Shown piece after piece: positions 14,001 through 24,779 of a stretch of 64,000 nt of DNA. A program made the position numbers and the translations under genes. Each line of letters begins with the position of its first letter. Positions within the stretch are counted from its first letter, which is position 1. The notes beneath the pieces were generated by a model. That model saw nothing but the letters and a program-made list of their open reading frames with translations, ran no database searches and was not told the origin of the DNA. The stretch comes from Mustelus asterias (taxonomy: Eukaryota): positions 23,684,001-23,748,000 of the forward strand of contig NC_135808.1 of NCBI RefSeq assembly GCF_964213995.1, given 5' to 3'.

Positions 14001-17000
14001 ACAACGAAGGGTACTCTGTCCACTGTGTCCCGTGTTTGTCTTCTGAGGAGGTCGGTGCGGTTTTTTGCTGTGGCGCGTTGGAACTGTTGATCAATGAGTC
14101 TAGCGCCATATCCTGTTCTTATGAGGGCATCTTTCAGCGTCTGGAGGTGTCTGTTGCGATCCCGGCCTCGACCGGGATATTGGGTTCATGTCACACTATC
14201 TGTAACCCCCACAGTTGCGTGGACCTGCAGAGTTTCACTGGCTGTCTTGTCTGGAGACAATACACATCTTTTTAGCCTGTCTTGATGCTCTCTCCACTCC
14301 CATTGTTTTGTTTCTTAAAGACTGGATTAGTTGTAAGTATTCGCATTCCAACCATTATTCATGTAAATTGAGTCTGTGTCTTTATAAGTTCTGTTTGTGA
14401 ACAGAATTCCCACTCACCTGAAGAAGGGGCTTAGAGCCTCGAAAGCTTGTGTGGCTTTTGCTACCAAATAAACCTGTTGGACTTTAACCTGGTGTTGTTA
14501 GACTTCTTACTGTGTTTACCCCAGTCCAACGCCGGCATCTCCACATCATAATGTAATATCCCATGTTACACTATATCATGTTGTACTGTAATTTCCCAGG
14601 ATACATCAGGCCCTGTTATACTGTAATATCCCAGGATACACAAACAACAGTCATAGTTTAATATCCCAGGATACTCTGGGCTCTGTCATATTGTAATCCC
14701 AGGATACACTGCTGCCCGTGCAAAATATCCCAGAATGCACTGGGTCTTGTTGTACAATAATATCTCTGGACACACTGGGCTCTGTCATACTCTAATATCC
14801 CAATTAAACCAGGCCCTTGTGCACAGTAACATCCGAGGATACACTTGGCCTTGTCCCGACTGTAATATCGCAGGAAACACTGGGCCCTGACCAACTAAAG
14901 GGTCTCATGATACACAGCGCCCTGTCCCACTGTAATGTCCAATAACGCAATGGGTCCTGTACGCCCAGTTATTTCCCAGGATGCACTGGGCCCGGTCAAG
15001 CTCTAATATCCCAAGGTACACCCGGCCTTATCCATCTTGTAATATCCCAGAAGACACTGGATCCTGTTGCTCTGTAATACAGCAGGATACAGTGGGGTAT
15101 GTTTCATGTCAAATCCATGGACACACAATTATTTCCCTCGAATGGTGGTGCCAAGATATACAACGCATTGAAGATTAATATTTATTTCCCTCTCTGTATC
15201 TTGGGCCTCAGGCTGTCCTGGGCTGACAGCTCAGCACTGACCCTCACTCCTGTGATCCTGGTCTGAGGCTGGGTCCTCTCTCACAGTGAGAAACAGTCTT
15301 ACCGTAAATCACCACCAGTGTCTCATTCATCCCGCTGTGTTCCACCCGACAGGAATACACGGCCTGGTCCTCTGGATCAAACTCTACCCATTTCCGGATC
15401 TGGTAGGTGCTGTCGTGATTGGGTAAGATCCCAGTGGACAGAGTCTCATCAATCACCACTCCGTCTCTCCACAGATTCACCTCGATGGCTTGAGGGTAAA
15501 ACCCGGTGACGGCACAGGACAGCCGGTTAGAATCACCCAGACGGGTAAAGGACACGACAGGGGCAACTGAGAGAGAAAGAAAGAGCAGTCAGGACAGGAA
15601 CCTCGAGATAGAGAGTCCCGGCATCACCCCCTTCACCGACTCTCACCCCCCCTCACTCACCGACTCTCACCCCCCCTCACTCACCGACTCTCACTCCCCC
15701 CTCTTCACCGACTCTCACTCCCCCCTCACTCACCGACTCTCACTCCCCCCTCACTCACCAATTCTCACTCCCCCCTCACTCATCGACTCTCACTCCCCCC
15801 CTCATTCACCGACTCTCACTCCCCCCCTCACTCACCGACTCTCAATTCTCTCTGTCCGTACTCCAGGTATTTTCTCAGCCACTCAACACACTCCACCTCC
15901 AGGTAATGTTTCCATTGCTTGCTATTGGCCATGTTCCTGTCTAAATTGTTTTTGATGATCTCTCCCCAGGGGACCGGGGTCACCCACACCATGTGATCCT
16001 TGTCGAAGCTGATAAAATCATCTCCGTCCCACCCAAACTGGTTGAATCCACTCGTGGTCCCATCATCCCTCAGGTCACAGCCAGTCATCAGCTGGTAGAC
16101 ATGGATCCCTGTGGATCAGAAACACAAACAGACAATCAGAGACAGTCCCAATGGGCGATCCCAACTGCACAGCCAATCAGAGCCAGCCTCAATCCCTCCA
16201 CACATTCACAGCCAATCACATTTCCTGTCACATCTCCAATCGCAGCCAATCAACCTCTGGCCCCCGGTTCCTGATCCACTCTGGGTTTCTCCTCATTCCC
16301 ACCTGGATCCCCGGGTGCTGGGAGAGTGAGCACTCACCTCCTGTCTGGTTGGTGCGGGTCATGAAGCGCGGAATAGTAAGTTTGGAGTACATCTCCTGCT
16401 TCTGTGTGAGAATCTTCTTCCGCTCCCAGGCTGCCCGACCCTCGCTCTCCACCATCCACTGCTCCCGGGGGATCAGCTCCCTCCGATCGCTGTCGTACAC
16501 AACAAACTGGACACCGTCCACATAACCGACAGCCACAAACTCCGGGAAATCCGGGATCGGAGTCATTCCCGTGAAGAAATACCGGAGAGAGTGAGAGCCT
16601 GAAATATAGAGAGAGAGAATTCAGAATAGACACCCGAAAAACACCAACACACTCACACACACACACACACACACAGATCAGGGCATGAACCCCAAAACAC
16701 TGATTCCAAACCGAGAGCAAGACCTCCACCCAGCCTGGCATTGCCTCTCTCACACCCCATCACTCACTGACCCAGGGTTAATGCCCCAGTACCCAGCCTG
16801 GCATTGCCCCTCTCACACCCCATCACTCACTGACCCAGGGTTAATGCCCCAGTACCCAGCCTGGCATTGCCCCTCTAACACCCCATCACTCACTGACCCA
16901 GGGTTAATGCCCCAGTACCCAGCCTGGCATTGCCCCTCTCACACCCCATCACTCACCTGCAGACAGCTCTCCACACAGAAGGACCAGCTCTATCAGTCCA

Positions 17001-17020
17001 ATCATTGCTGCTTCCCTCAT
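8051..17020 (-). CDS. MHC class I heavy chain gene A (UAA-related, non-classical-type), 7 coding exons
   Basis: Exons 17020-16957, 16598-16338, 16108-15836, 15566-15303, 8874-8770, 8325-8293, 8097-8051. All have GT-AG boundaries and phase 1, and the spliced frame is open to TGA at 8051. Confidence 0.93.
8293..8325 (-). CDS. Gene A exon 6 (cytoplasmic, Tyr-containing)
   Basis: GRGKSDYNPAN; 33 bp; AG/GT flanks; paralogous exon at 42455-42487. Confidence 0.85.
8770..8874 (-). CDS. Gene A exon 5 (transmembrane)
   Basis: EPKSHSQVAVTVGIVVGVLVLIALIIVAVVIYNKK; 105 bp; cag/gtagga boundaries. Confidence 0.9.
9085..9860 (-). mobile_element. Degenerate CR1 3' fragment in intron 4, shared by A, B and C
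   Basis: Homologous to about 29755-31140(-) and 40145-41460(+); RRFTEMIPEM. Confidence 0.75.
10281..12960 (-). pseudogene. Penelope RT / GIY-YIG endonuclease ORF with one frameshift near 11985
   Basis: DVSALYTSIP, GTAMGTKFAP and YIDD RT motifs; NVVYLIRC...WYIGET GIY-YIG; N-terminal ORF 11923-12996 leaves frame after NNEEHYR. Confidence 0.9.
14415..14451 (+). ncRNA. Minimal type I hammerhead ribozyme motif in Penelope pLTR
   Basis: CAC-CUGAAGA-stemII-GAAAGCUU-GUG. Copies at about 9962-9998(-), 13057-13093(-), 17298-17334(-), 17380-17416(+), 53122-53158(+). Confidence 0.7.
15303..15566 (-). CDS. Gene A exon 4 (alpha3 Ig C1 domain)
   Basis: LSCAVTGFYP...W...YSCRVEH C1-set motifs; 264 bp. Confidence 0.95.
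15627..15840 (-). repeat. About 25-bp minisatellite in gene A intron 3
   Basis: (CTCACTCACCGACTCTCACTCCCCCC)n, about 8 units. Confidence 0.9.
15836..16108 (-). CDS. Gene A exon 3 (alpha2 domain)
   Basis: GIHVYQLMTGCDL...FGWDGDDFISFD...YLEVECVEWLRKYLEYG; 273 bp; conserved Cys pair. Confidence 0.95.
16338..16598 (-). CDS. Gene A exon 2 (alpha1 domain)
   Basis: GSHSLRYFFTGMTPIPDFPEFVAVGYVDG...RTNQTGG; 261 bp; N86 glycosylation sequon. Confidence 0.95.
16728..16956 (-). repeat. 63-bp tandem repeat at the start of intron 1 (gene A, about 3.6 copies)
   Basis: Unit GTGAGTGATGGGGTGTGAGAGGGGCAATGCCAGGCTGGGTACTGGGGCATTAACCCTGGGTCA. Confidence 0.9.
16957..17020 (-). CDS. Gene A exon 1 (signal peptide)
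   Basis: MREAAMIGLIELVLLCGELSA followed by G|gtgagt donor. Confidence 0.88.
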
Positions 17021-17113
17021 GTTGGAGAAACATTTGGAGGAAACTCTTTTTCGAAGAAAGGCCATTTTCTCAACTCACTCCTTCTGCCTTTTCCTGTTTA
17101 CACTGAGCCGCAA

Positions 17114-17184
17114 TCTGATTGGACACAAAATCGGACTGAACCAATCAGTATAAAGAGATTCAGTGAGTCATCAGTCTCCGGCAG
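17114..17184 (-). promoter_or_regulatory. Gene A proximal X1-X2-Y module and second CCAAT
   Basis: Reverse complement GCCGGAGACTGATGACTCA...CTGATTGG resembles the MHC SXY X1/X2/Y boxes. Confidence 0.7.
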
Positions 17185-17243
17185 AATAGACACAAACAGG
17201 ATGAGAAACTGCCTCGATGTTGAGAACTGTCCAATCAGGTAAA

Positions 17244-17641
17244 AAGTTTAACAACACCAGGTTAAAGTCCAACAGGTTTATTTGGTAGCAAAAGCCACAC
17301 AAGCTTTCGAGGCTCTGAGCCCCTTCTTCAGGTGAGTGGGAATTCTGTTCACAAACTGTTTGTGAACAGAATTCCCACTCACCTGAAGAAGGGGCTCAGA
17401 GCCTCGAAAGCTTGTGTGGCTTTTGCTACCAAATAAACCTGTTGGACTTTAACCTGGTGTTGTTAAACTTCTTACTGTGTTTACCCCAGTCCAACGCCGG
17501 CATCTCCACATCATGACAATCAGGTAAAGTCATGATGATTTTCACTCCATCTGACGAAGGAGCAGCGTTCCGAAAGCTAATGGTATTTGCTACCAAATAA
17601 ACCTGTTGGACTTTAACCTGGTGTTGTTAAAACTCTTACTG
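17244..17641. mobile_element. Two Penelope pLTR fragments in gene A promoter; the first includes a perfect palindrome
   Basis: pLTR sequence; CAATCAG(G/A)TAAA repeated at 17232, 17517 and 17642. Confidence 0.85.
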
Positions 17642-17683
17642 CAATCAGATAAATACAGCTGCTGACATCATCAGTTGCCGGGT
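17642..17683 (-). promoter_or_regulatory. Gene A distal X1-X2-(Y) module
   Basis: Reverse complement CCCGGCAACTGATGATGTCA...CTGATTGC; Y box clipped by a Penelope insertion. Confidence 0.55.
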
Positions 17684-17769
17684 AGAATCAGCTGGAAGGA
17701 GTTTGATGCAGTGACAGAGGGAAGGACATTCAGAACAGGAGCAGGTCTGATCTAACTATTCACTCGCAG

Positions 17770-18212
17770 TCATAGAGATATACAGCACAGAAACAGGCCA
17801 TTCGACCCAACTCGTACATGCCCATCAGGCTTTCTTTACTGAACCAGTCGCATTTGCTTGCATTTGGCCCATACTCCTCTAAACCTTTCGCATCTATGTA
17901 CCTGTCCAAATTGATTTTAAATGTTGTAATTGTACCCACGTTAGCCACCTCTTCTGGCCTCTCATTCCATATACACACCACCACCATCTGTGTGAAATCA
18001 TTGCCCCTTTTAGTCCCTTTTTATACTTCTTCTTCTCACCTTTAACCTATAGCCTTTAGTTTTAGACTCGTCTACCCTGGGGAAAAGGCCTTGTCTCTTT
18101 ACCTTATCTATGTTCCTCATGATTTTATAAACCTCTATAAGGTCATCACATTCTCCTACGCTTCAGGGAAAGAAACCTTCTTCAATGTCCACTGCACCAC
18201 CAATTTTGGAGC
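17770..18212 (-). mobile_element. CR1 fragments
   Basis: WNERPEEV...TFKINLDRY and KIGGAVD. Confidence 0.7.
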
Positions 18213-18945
18213 TGTTGTCGGTAAAAAAAACCTCTGACACTATTAGTGGATCAAAATGCAGGTTTATTTTCACAATTGTGGGAGAGGTCCAATTCCTAAC
18301 ATGGTCTCGGGCCTCTCCTCGAATATAAGTTAAGGGCAAACATTTATACATCCTGGTTCCCGCCCTTAATTACATTCCCCAATTCTCCAGGATGGCTGTC
18401 ACTGTTCCTCATTCATTGTGGGATTCTTGCTGCATTGGCACTTTCTTCTGTTGTGTAGTTTGTTCAATCGTGGCAATCTCCAAGGCGATTGTTTCTGTTC
18501 CATCCCTCTACGTTACGCACAGCCTTGAAACAACATCACAAATTTTGCACAAACAGGTTAATTAAAACACAAGAGTTTATTACAGCAATTTATATCAGTT
18601 TAAAATAGTATAGATGCATAGCATATAATGAATATATAAATCTTTTGTTATACAAAGACAGAAGGCATACATGTCAGCTTCACCGTATTAAACAAAAGTA
18701 CATGAAAATGGAGACTGTTTCGCGTATACGCTGCATTAACCACATTCCTGAATACGATAGGCTGGAGACAATAGGGATAGCTGTTCCTCTTATCTGGTCT
18801 GGATGCACCAAAACAATTAATTCTAACAAAAACAATGAATTCTCCAGTACTTCTCACGAATCTCTTAAGTATTACAGAGGTGAGTCTCAATGTTTAAGTA
18901 TTCCAAGATTCATTAACCCATTCCCGTCTTCATTTTCCCCCTTTT
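18213..18945 (-). mobile_element. ERV polypurine tract (18933-18945) and probable 3' LTR (about 18213-18932)
   Basis: AAAAGGGGGAAAA then TGAAGAC; TATAAA near 18345 and AATAAA near 18265 on minus; ends ACAACA at a junction with CR1 sequence. Confidence 0.6.
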
Positions 18946-18984
18946 GGTCAGGTGCCAGGTCCAAACATGGCACCTATGACCAAC

Positions 18985-20384
18985 TCAGAACCACATGTTA
19001 TCGGGAAATGGGCCTCGCTCCTTCGTTGGGAGGTCTGCCCCCTCCACCTGTACACTTGCGACCGTCATAATTCGCGCTGTTACTGTTTTGCTACAGGCGT
19101 TCAATAATGCCATACAAACACAGCAAGTAATTACAATTGCAATTAATACAATCAATCCAGGCATCAGGTATGAACCCCACGACCCGAACCATTGCCCCAG
19201 CCAGCCCAGAGGGTTATAATTGTGATATTGGTTCCCCTTATCCTGTATTGATTTTGTCACGTGTTTAATATGATCTGCCAAGCGAGTTATATTCTCCGAA
19301 GCATCGGGAATATACGTACAGCATTCAGAGCCAACTATGGCACATGTTCCTCCTTGGGAGGCTGGCATATAATCGAGTGCTAATCGGTTCTGTAACGCCA
19401 CAGTCCGAATAGCTACGACCACTGCTGATATTTCAGAGACGGCTGTGCTCACCTCCTCGAACCCATTTTTAGCCTCATTTGCAATTTTCTCTTGGGTTGA
19501 GGCCATCCGTATAAGTTCCTGTGCTGCCTTTGCCGTCCCAAAAAATGGGTAAGCTATCATGAAGAATCGTTCTGTCTCACTAATGGCTCGCTTAGCCCTA
19601 AGCAGGTGTATCTCGGGGTGGTCCCATAAGTCAGTGTAATGGTGAATATAAGGCACCACATATGCCAAATAACATGATCCTGTCCAATTCCAGGGAAGCC
19701 ACGGATAGGCATTGTTTCCACAGACAAAATAGGTACCATTATATGCAGTCACCTCGCTTATATAAGCGGAGGAGAGGCTAACCGGGACGGTGGCTATGGG
19801 GCACTGGATTGTGACCTGTATCATGGCCTCAGTGTCATCCGTGATATCAACCTGCTGTATACAGTAGCTACGGCCAACAGGTGTGGTTCCATTTCTTGTC
19901 AGGCAGATAACTCCCCTTTGTTGATTTTTCACAATGAAGTCGGGTGGGGAATCTGATCTGTCTTAGTTGGGTTGGTCATGTTTCTTAAAGGACGATAAAG
20001 TGCACCCTCCACCCCCTAGCCTTGAAACAACATCGCTGTTGCTGATACCCTGCATAGTGGTACCCGATGGGTTTTTAAATGTCAGTTTCCTTCCTGGGTT
20101 CCATTCTGATTTAAAACCCATTCAATTACTTCTGGAGCTGATAAAGGGATAGGAAATAAGGGAATTCCTCCCTTTCCTCCATGCATGGGAATGTGTGAAC
20201 AGACCCAGCACTTGCTCAGATTTGATTGTGATGCATACAGATAAGACATATACACAAAGGTGTTCATACAATGGACAGAGTCATCGTGACAGAGATGATC
20301 ATTGTGCTTCATTCCTAACTCCTCATAATACAATTTATACTTTCCCGCTATGGCTAACAGGGCCAGGGTCGTGAGTATCAGCAT
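18985..20384 (-). pseudogene. env: Endogenous retrovirus gamma-type envelope, disrupted
   Basis: Signal peptide, CWVC (CXXC), furin site RAKR, ISD LQNRLALDY, CX6CC (CAIVGSECC), TM anchor; stops and frameshift between 20082 and 19932. Confidence 0.88.
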
Positions 20385-20801
20385 GAAAAGAATCTTATCA
20401 CTTACTAATATCCCGCGCGACCGTTATACAATGGTCCAAAGGCTATAATCGCCCGCGTGCAACTTCCTGCGAAACCGTTCAGCTTGCTTGGAGGTCAGTT
20501 GTTGTTTGTATATATCTGCAATTGGAGTGCGGTAAACCACTGTTAAGCTATTGCCTGTGTGTGTGTGTGTGTGTGTGTGACATGCCTGGGCATGCTCCTG
20601 CCGGCCCTGCCTGAGACTCCTCCCCCCCTGGTCCAGGTATAAAGGTGACTGCTCCCAACCCCCCTGCCTCAGTCTCGGGACCAGTTCATCAGCATGGGTG
20701 TGCTCCAAGTCTTTTGCTAATAAAAGCCTATTTGTTCTTGCATACAAACTAGTCTTTGCTTGATTGATGGCGCATCAATTTTATTCGCAAAATGTTTTGG
20801 G

Positions 20802-23800
20802 ATGGAGCAGATACTAAAACCCGATAGATTAGAATTGAATCCTCAAGCCGTAGGAGCCTCTAACAGCTTTGATCACTGGCTGCGATGTTTCGAAACTTTC
20901 CTCACCGCCGCCTCCTCCATCATCCGGACCGAAACCGACAAGCTACACGTGCTCCACGCCCGGGTAAGCGATCAAGTATTCTCGATGATTAGAGACGCTG
21001 AAACTTACGAGGATGCGATTGAACTTTTAAAAGGCCAGTACAACAAACAGACTAATGTAATCTACGCCAGACATCTTCTGGCTACTCGCAGACAACAGCC
21101 AGGAGAATCGGGCGATCAATTATTGTGTGCGATGCGAGCACTTGGCAGGGCCTGCAACTGCAAGGCCATAACAGCTGCCCAAAACACTGAGGACTTAATC
21201 AGAGATGCCTATGTCATGGGTGTCAGGTCAAACTATATCCGACAACGACTGCTGGAACAGGGTGAGCTGGACCTACAAAAGACTGTAGCGCTTGCCAACT
21301 CGTTAGATGTGGCCTACCGTAATCTCGAGGCCTACACCCCCGACCACGGGGGCGCATCATGGATGCTGCAGTCGCCGCCACCTCTGTACTCGGGAGGGCC
21401 GCAGGCCTACACCACGCCACGTCCCACTAATGACGCGACCGCTGCGGCAGTCTCTGGAGGCCCGAAGTGCTACTTCTGCAGCCTGGGGAAGCACCCCCGA
21501 CAACGCTGCCCGGCGAAGGATGCGATCTGCTCCGGGTGTGGAAAGAAGGGCCATTACACTAAGGTATGCAGGGCAAAGTCGACCTCCAAGCCCAGTAGCA
21601 CCGCGTGCGACCCATGGGGGCTGCCACCTTGGGCACCGGTAGCTGCGTGTGAGCCATGCGGGCCGCCATCTTGGACGCCATTAGCCGCGTGTGGGCCGTG
21701 CGGGCCGCCATCTTGGATGCCGTCAGCCACGTGTGGGCCATGCGGGCCACCATCTTGGATGCCATCAGCCACGTGTGGGCCGTGCAAGCCGCCATCTTGG
21801 ACGCCGTCAGCCGCGTCGCAAAATCCAACAGTGGCTTCGGTTACGCTGGACCAATCCAGGCCTCACCAACTCACCAGGTCCATGATGGACATTGAGGTAA
21901 ACGGTCGCACTACAAACTGTTTATTTGACTGTGGGAGTACAGAGAGCTTTATTCACCGTCACACAGTGAGTCGCTACGCCCTTTCAGTACTGCCAGTGAA
22001 GAAAACGATCTCCATGGCTTCAAAGTCCCACTCGGTGGATGTCCTCGGGAACTGCGTGGCGACCCTGACTGTACGGGGCACAGTGTACAAAAACTTCAGG
22101 CTCCTCATGCTGCCACAACTCTGCGCTGCCGTACTCCTGGGGCTAGATTTCCTGTGTCACCTTAAGAGTGTCACCATGGAGTATAATGGGCCTTTTCCCC
22201 CACTCTCTGTTTGCAATCACCAGTTCTTAGATCGCCCACCGTGCACCACCTGCAGCCTCTCATGCCTTAAAGTCGTCCCTCCCTCACTGTTTGAAAATCT
22301 CACCCCCGATTGCAAGCCCATCGCCACCAAGAGCAGACGGTACAGTGCTGGAGACAGGGCTTTTATCAGGTCCGAAGTACAACGGCTCCTAGGGGAGGGG
22401 ATCATTGAGGCCAGTACCAGCCCCTGGAGAGCCCAAGTGATGCGCATCAATTGGACACGAGGCACTAAGCTTCGGTAAAAGAAGGCTTTTATTAACTAAC
22501 AATGGAACTAACAGAACTTTAACACACTATCCCAGACTGAAGAGGTCCCGCCCGAGCAGGGAGTCTTATACCTCTCCCAGGAGGCGGAGCCCGACTGGGA
22601 TGTGCCACAACAGTAACAACCACAGGTGTATCAATCCCACCCTAGCCCAACAACAACATTAGAACAATCCCACAGTGGGAACCAACGATGGTTCACCACA
22701 CCAAGTAGGAGTTGTTAAGACTGGGGAGAAACATCGCATGGTCATTGAGTACAGTCAGACCATAAACCGCGACATGCAGCTGGACGCGTACCCCCTTCCC
22801 CGCATATCTGACATGGTTAATCAGATTGCGCAATATCGGGTGTTCTCCACCATCGACTTAAAATCTGCTTACCACCAACTCCCTATCCGCCCGGAGGACC
22901 GCCAATATACTGCCTTCGAGGCGGATGGCCGCCTGTATCACTTCCTTAGGATCCCCTTCGGCGTCACCAACGGGGTCTTGGTTTTCCAGCGTGAGATGGA
23001 CCGAATGGTAGACCAGAATGGGTTGCGGGCCACCTTCCCATACCTAGATAACGTCACCATCTGCGGCCATGATCAGCAGGACCACGACGCCAACTTCCAC
23101 AACTTCCTCCACACCGCCACACTCCTAAATCTGACCAATAATAAGGAGAAGTGCGTATTCCGCACACGCCGCCTTGCCATCCTTGGTTGTGTTGTGGAAA
23201 ACGGGGTCATCGGTCCCGATCCCGACTGCATGCGTCTCCTCCTGGAACTTCCCCTCCCCACCAGCCTCAAAGCCCTGAGGAGATGCCTGGGCTTCTTCTC
23301 ATATTATGCCCAGTGGGTCCCCAATTATGCGGATAAAGCCCGTCCGCTCATCAAATCCACCTCTTTTCCCCTGACGGCAGAGGCCTGCCTGGCCTTCGAC
23401 TGCATCAAAGCAGACATCGTGAAGGCCACGATGCACGCTGTAGACGAATCCATCCCGTTCCAGGTGGAGAGCGATGCGTCTGTCTTCGCCCGAGCCGCCA
23501 CCCTTAACCAGGCGGGCAGACCCATGGCCTTCTTCTCATGAACCCTCCAAGGCCCTGAAATTCAACAGTCCTCTGTCGAAAAGGAGGCCCAAGCCATAGT
23601 GGAAGCTGTACGGCACTGGCGTCACTACTTAGCTGGTAAACGATTCACCCTACTCACGGACCAACGGTCAGTTGCATTCATGTTTAACAACACGCAGCCG
23701 GGCAAGATCAAAAATGATAAAATATTGAGATGGAGAATTGAGCTTTCCACCTACAATTACGACATCTTATACCGGCCCGGGAAGCTCAATGAGCCCCCAG

Positions 23801-24779
23801 ACGCCCTGTCCCGGGGAATATGTGCCAGCGCACAAATAGACCAATTGCAGACTCTCCACAATGACCTCTGCCACCTGGGGGTCACCAGGTTTTTTCACTT
23901 CATTAAAGCCCGTAACCTGCCCTACTCCATTGAGGAAGTCAGGTCTATAACCAGACACTGCCAGGTCTGCGCAGAGTGCAAGCCGCACTTCTATCGGCCA
24001 GACAGAGCACACCTCATAAAGGCCACCCTAAGCGTCGACTTCAAAGGCCCCCTCCCCTCTTCTGACCGCAACGTATACTTCCTCAACGTCATTGACGAAT
24101 ATTCACGTTTCCCCTTTGCTATTCCCTGCCCGGATATGACCTCGGCCACGGTCATCAGGGCCGTGCACAGCCTCTTCACCCTGTTCGGTTTCCCTAGCTA
24201 TATCCATAGCGACCAGGGATCCTCCTTTATGAGTGATGAGCTGCGACAGTACCTGCTCTCCAAAGGCATAGCCTCGAGTAGGACCACCAGCTACAACCCC
24301 AGGGGAACGGACAGGTAGAGAGGGAGAACGCGACAATCTGGAAGGCCGTTTTACTAGCTCTGAGGTCTAAAGGTCTTCCAGTCATCCGCTGGCAAGAGGT
24401 CCTCCCTGATGCGCTACACTCGATTAGATCACTCCTTTGCACAGCTACCAATGCTACCCCTCACGAAAGAATGTTTGTTTTCCCCAGGAAGTCCTCCTCT
24501 GGGACCTCACTACCGTCGTGGCTGATGTCCCCAAGCCCTGTCCTGCTCCGGAAGCACGTGAGAACCCATAAGTCGGACCCCCTGGTCGAAAGGGTCCAGC
24601 TCCTCCACGCCAACCCCCAATACGCCTATGTGGCGTACCCCGACGGGCGGGAGGACACGGTCTCCATTCAAGACCTGGCACCCGCAGGTGCCCCAGGGAC
24701 CACGACGACCCACAACCCCACACCCTCAACCCCCGTATACAGCACGCCTGAGCCCCAGGAGCCGCCACCACGCACCTGA
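20802..24779 (+). pseudogene. Gypsy gag-pol, interrupted
   Basis: Two CCHC-type knuckles, protease LFDCGS, RT YLDN, RNase H ESDAS, integrase HHCC, VDFKGP and HSDQG. Broken by a solo LTR at 22438, a stop at 23539 and a frameshift near 24310. Confidence 0.9.
22438..22700 (-). mobile_element. Solo LTR inserted antisense in Gypsy RT
   Basis: Reverse complement TGTGGTGAACCA...TATAA...AATAAAAGCC...GCGCATCA; 5-bp TSD CCAAG (22433-22437, 22701-22705). Confidence 0.88.

Larger units (their letters stand above)
9864..14549 (-). mobile_element. Penelope-like element: near full-length copy, partial tandem copy and inverted pLTR tail, in gene A intron 4
   Basis: pLTR direct repeats at about 9864-10280 and 12960-13375; partial ORF 3' copy 13376-14160; inverted segment 14161-14549. 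Confidence 0.93.

Noticed and set aside
16685-17242. 185-aa ORF with 21-aa repeats, and similar ORFs at 15506, 27295 and 61138
   Set aside because: Translations of intronic tandem repeats, or antisense to real exons.
18985-19932. Domesticated syncytin-like env gene
   Set aside because: The SU region is broken by stops and a frameshift, and the open part lacks a signal peptide and ATG start.
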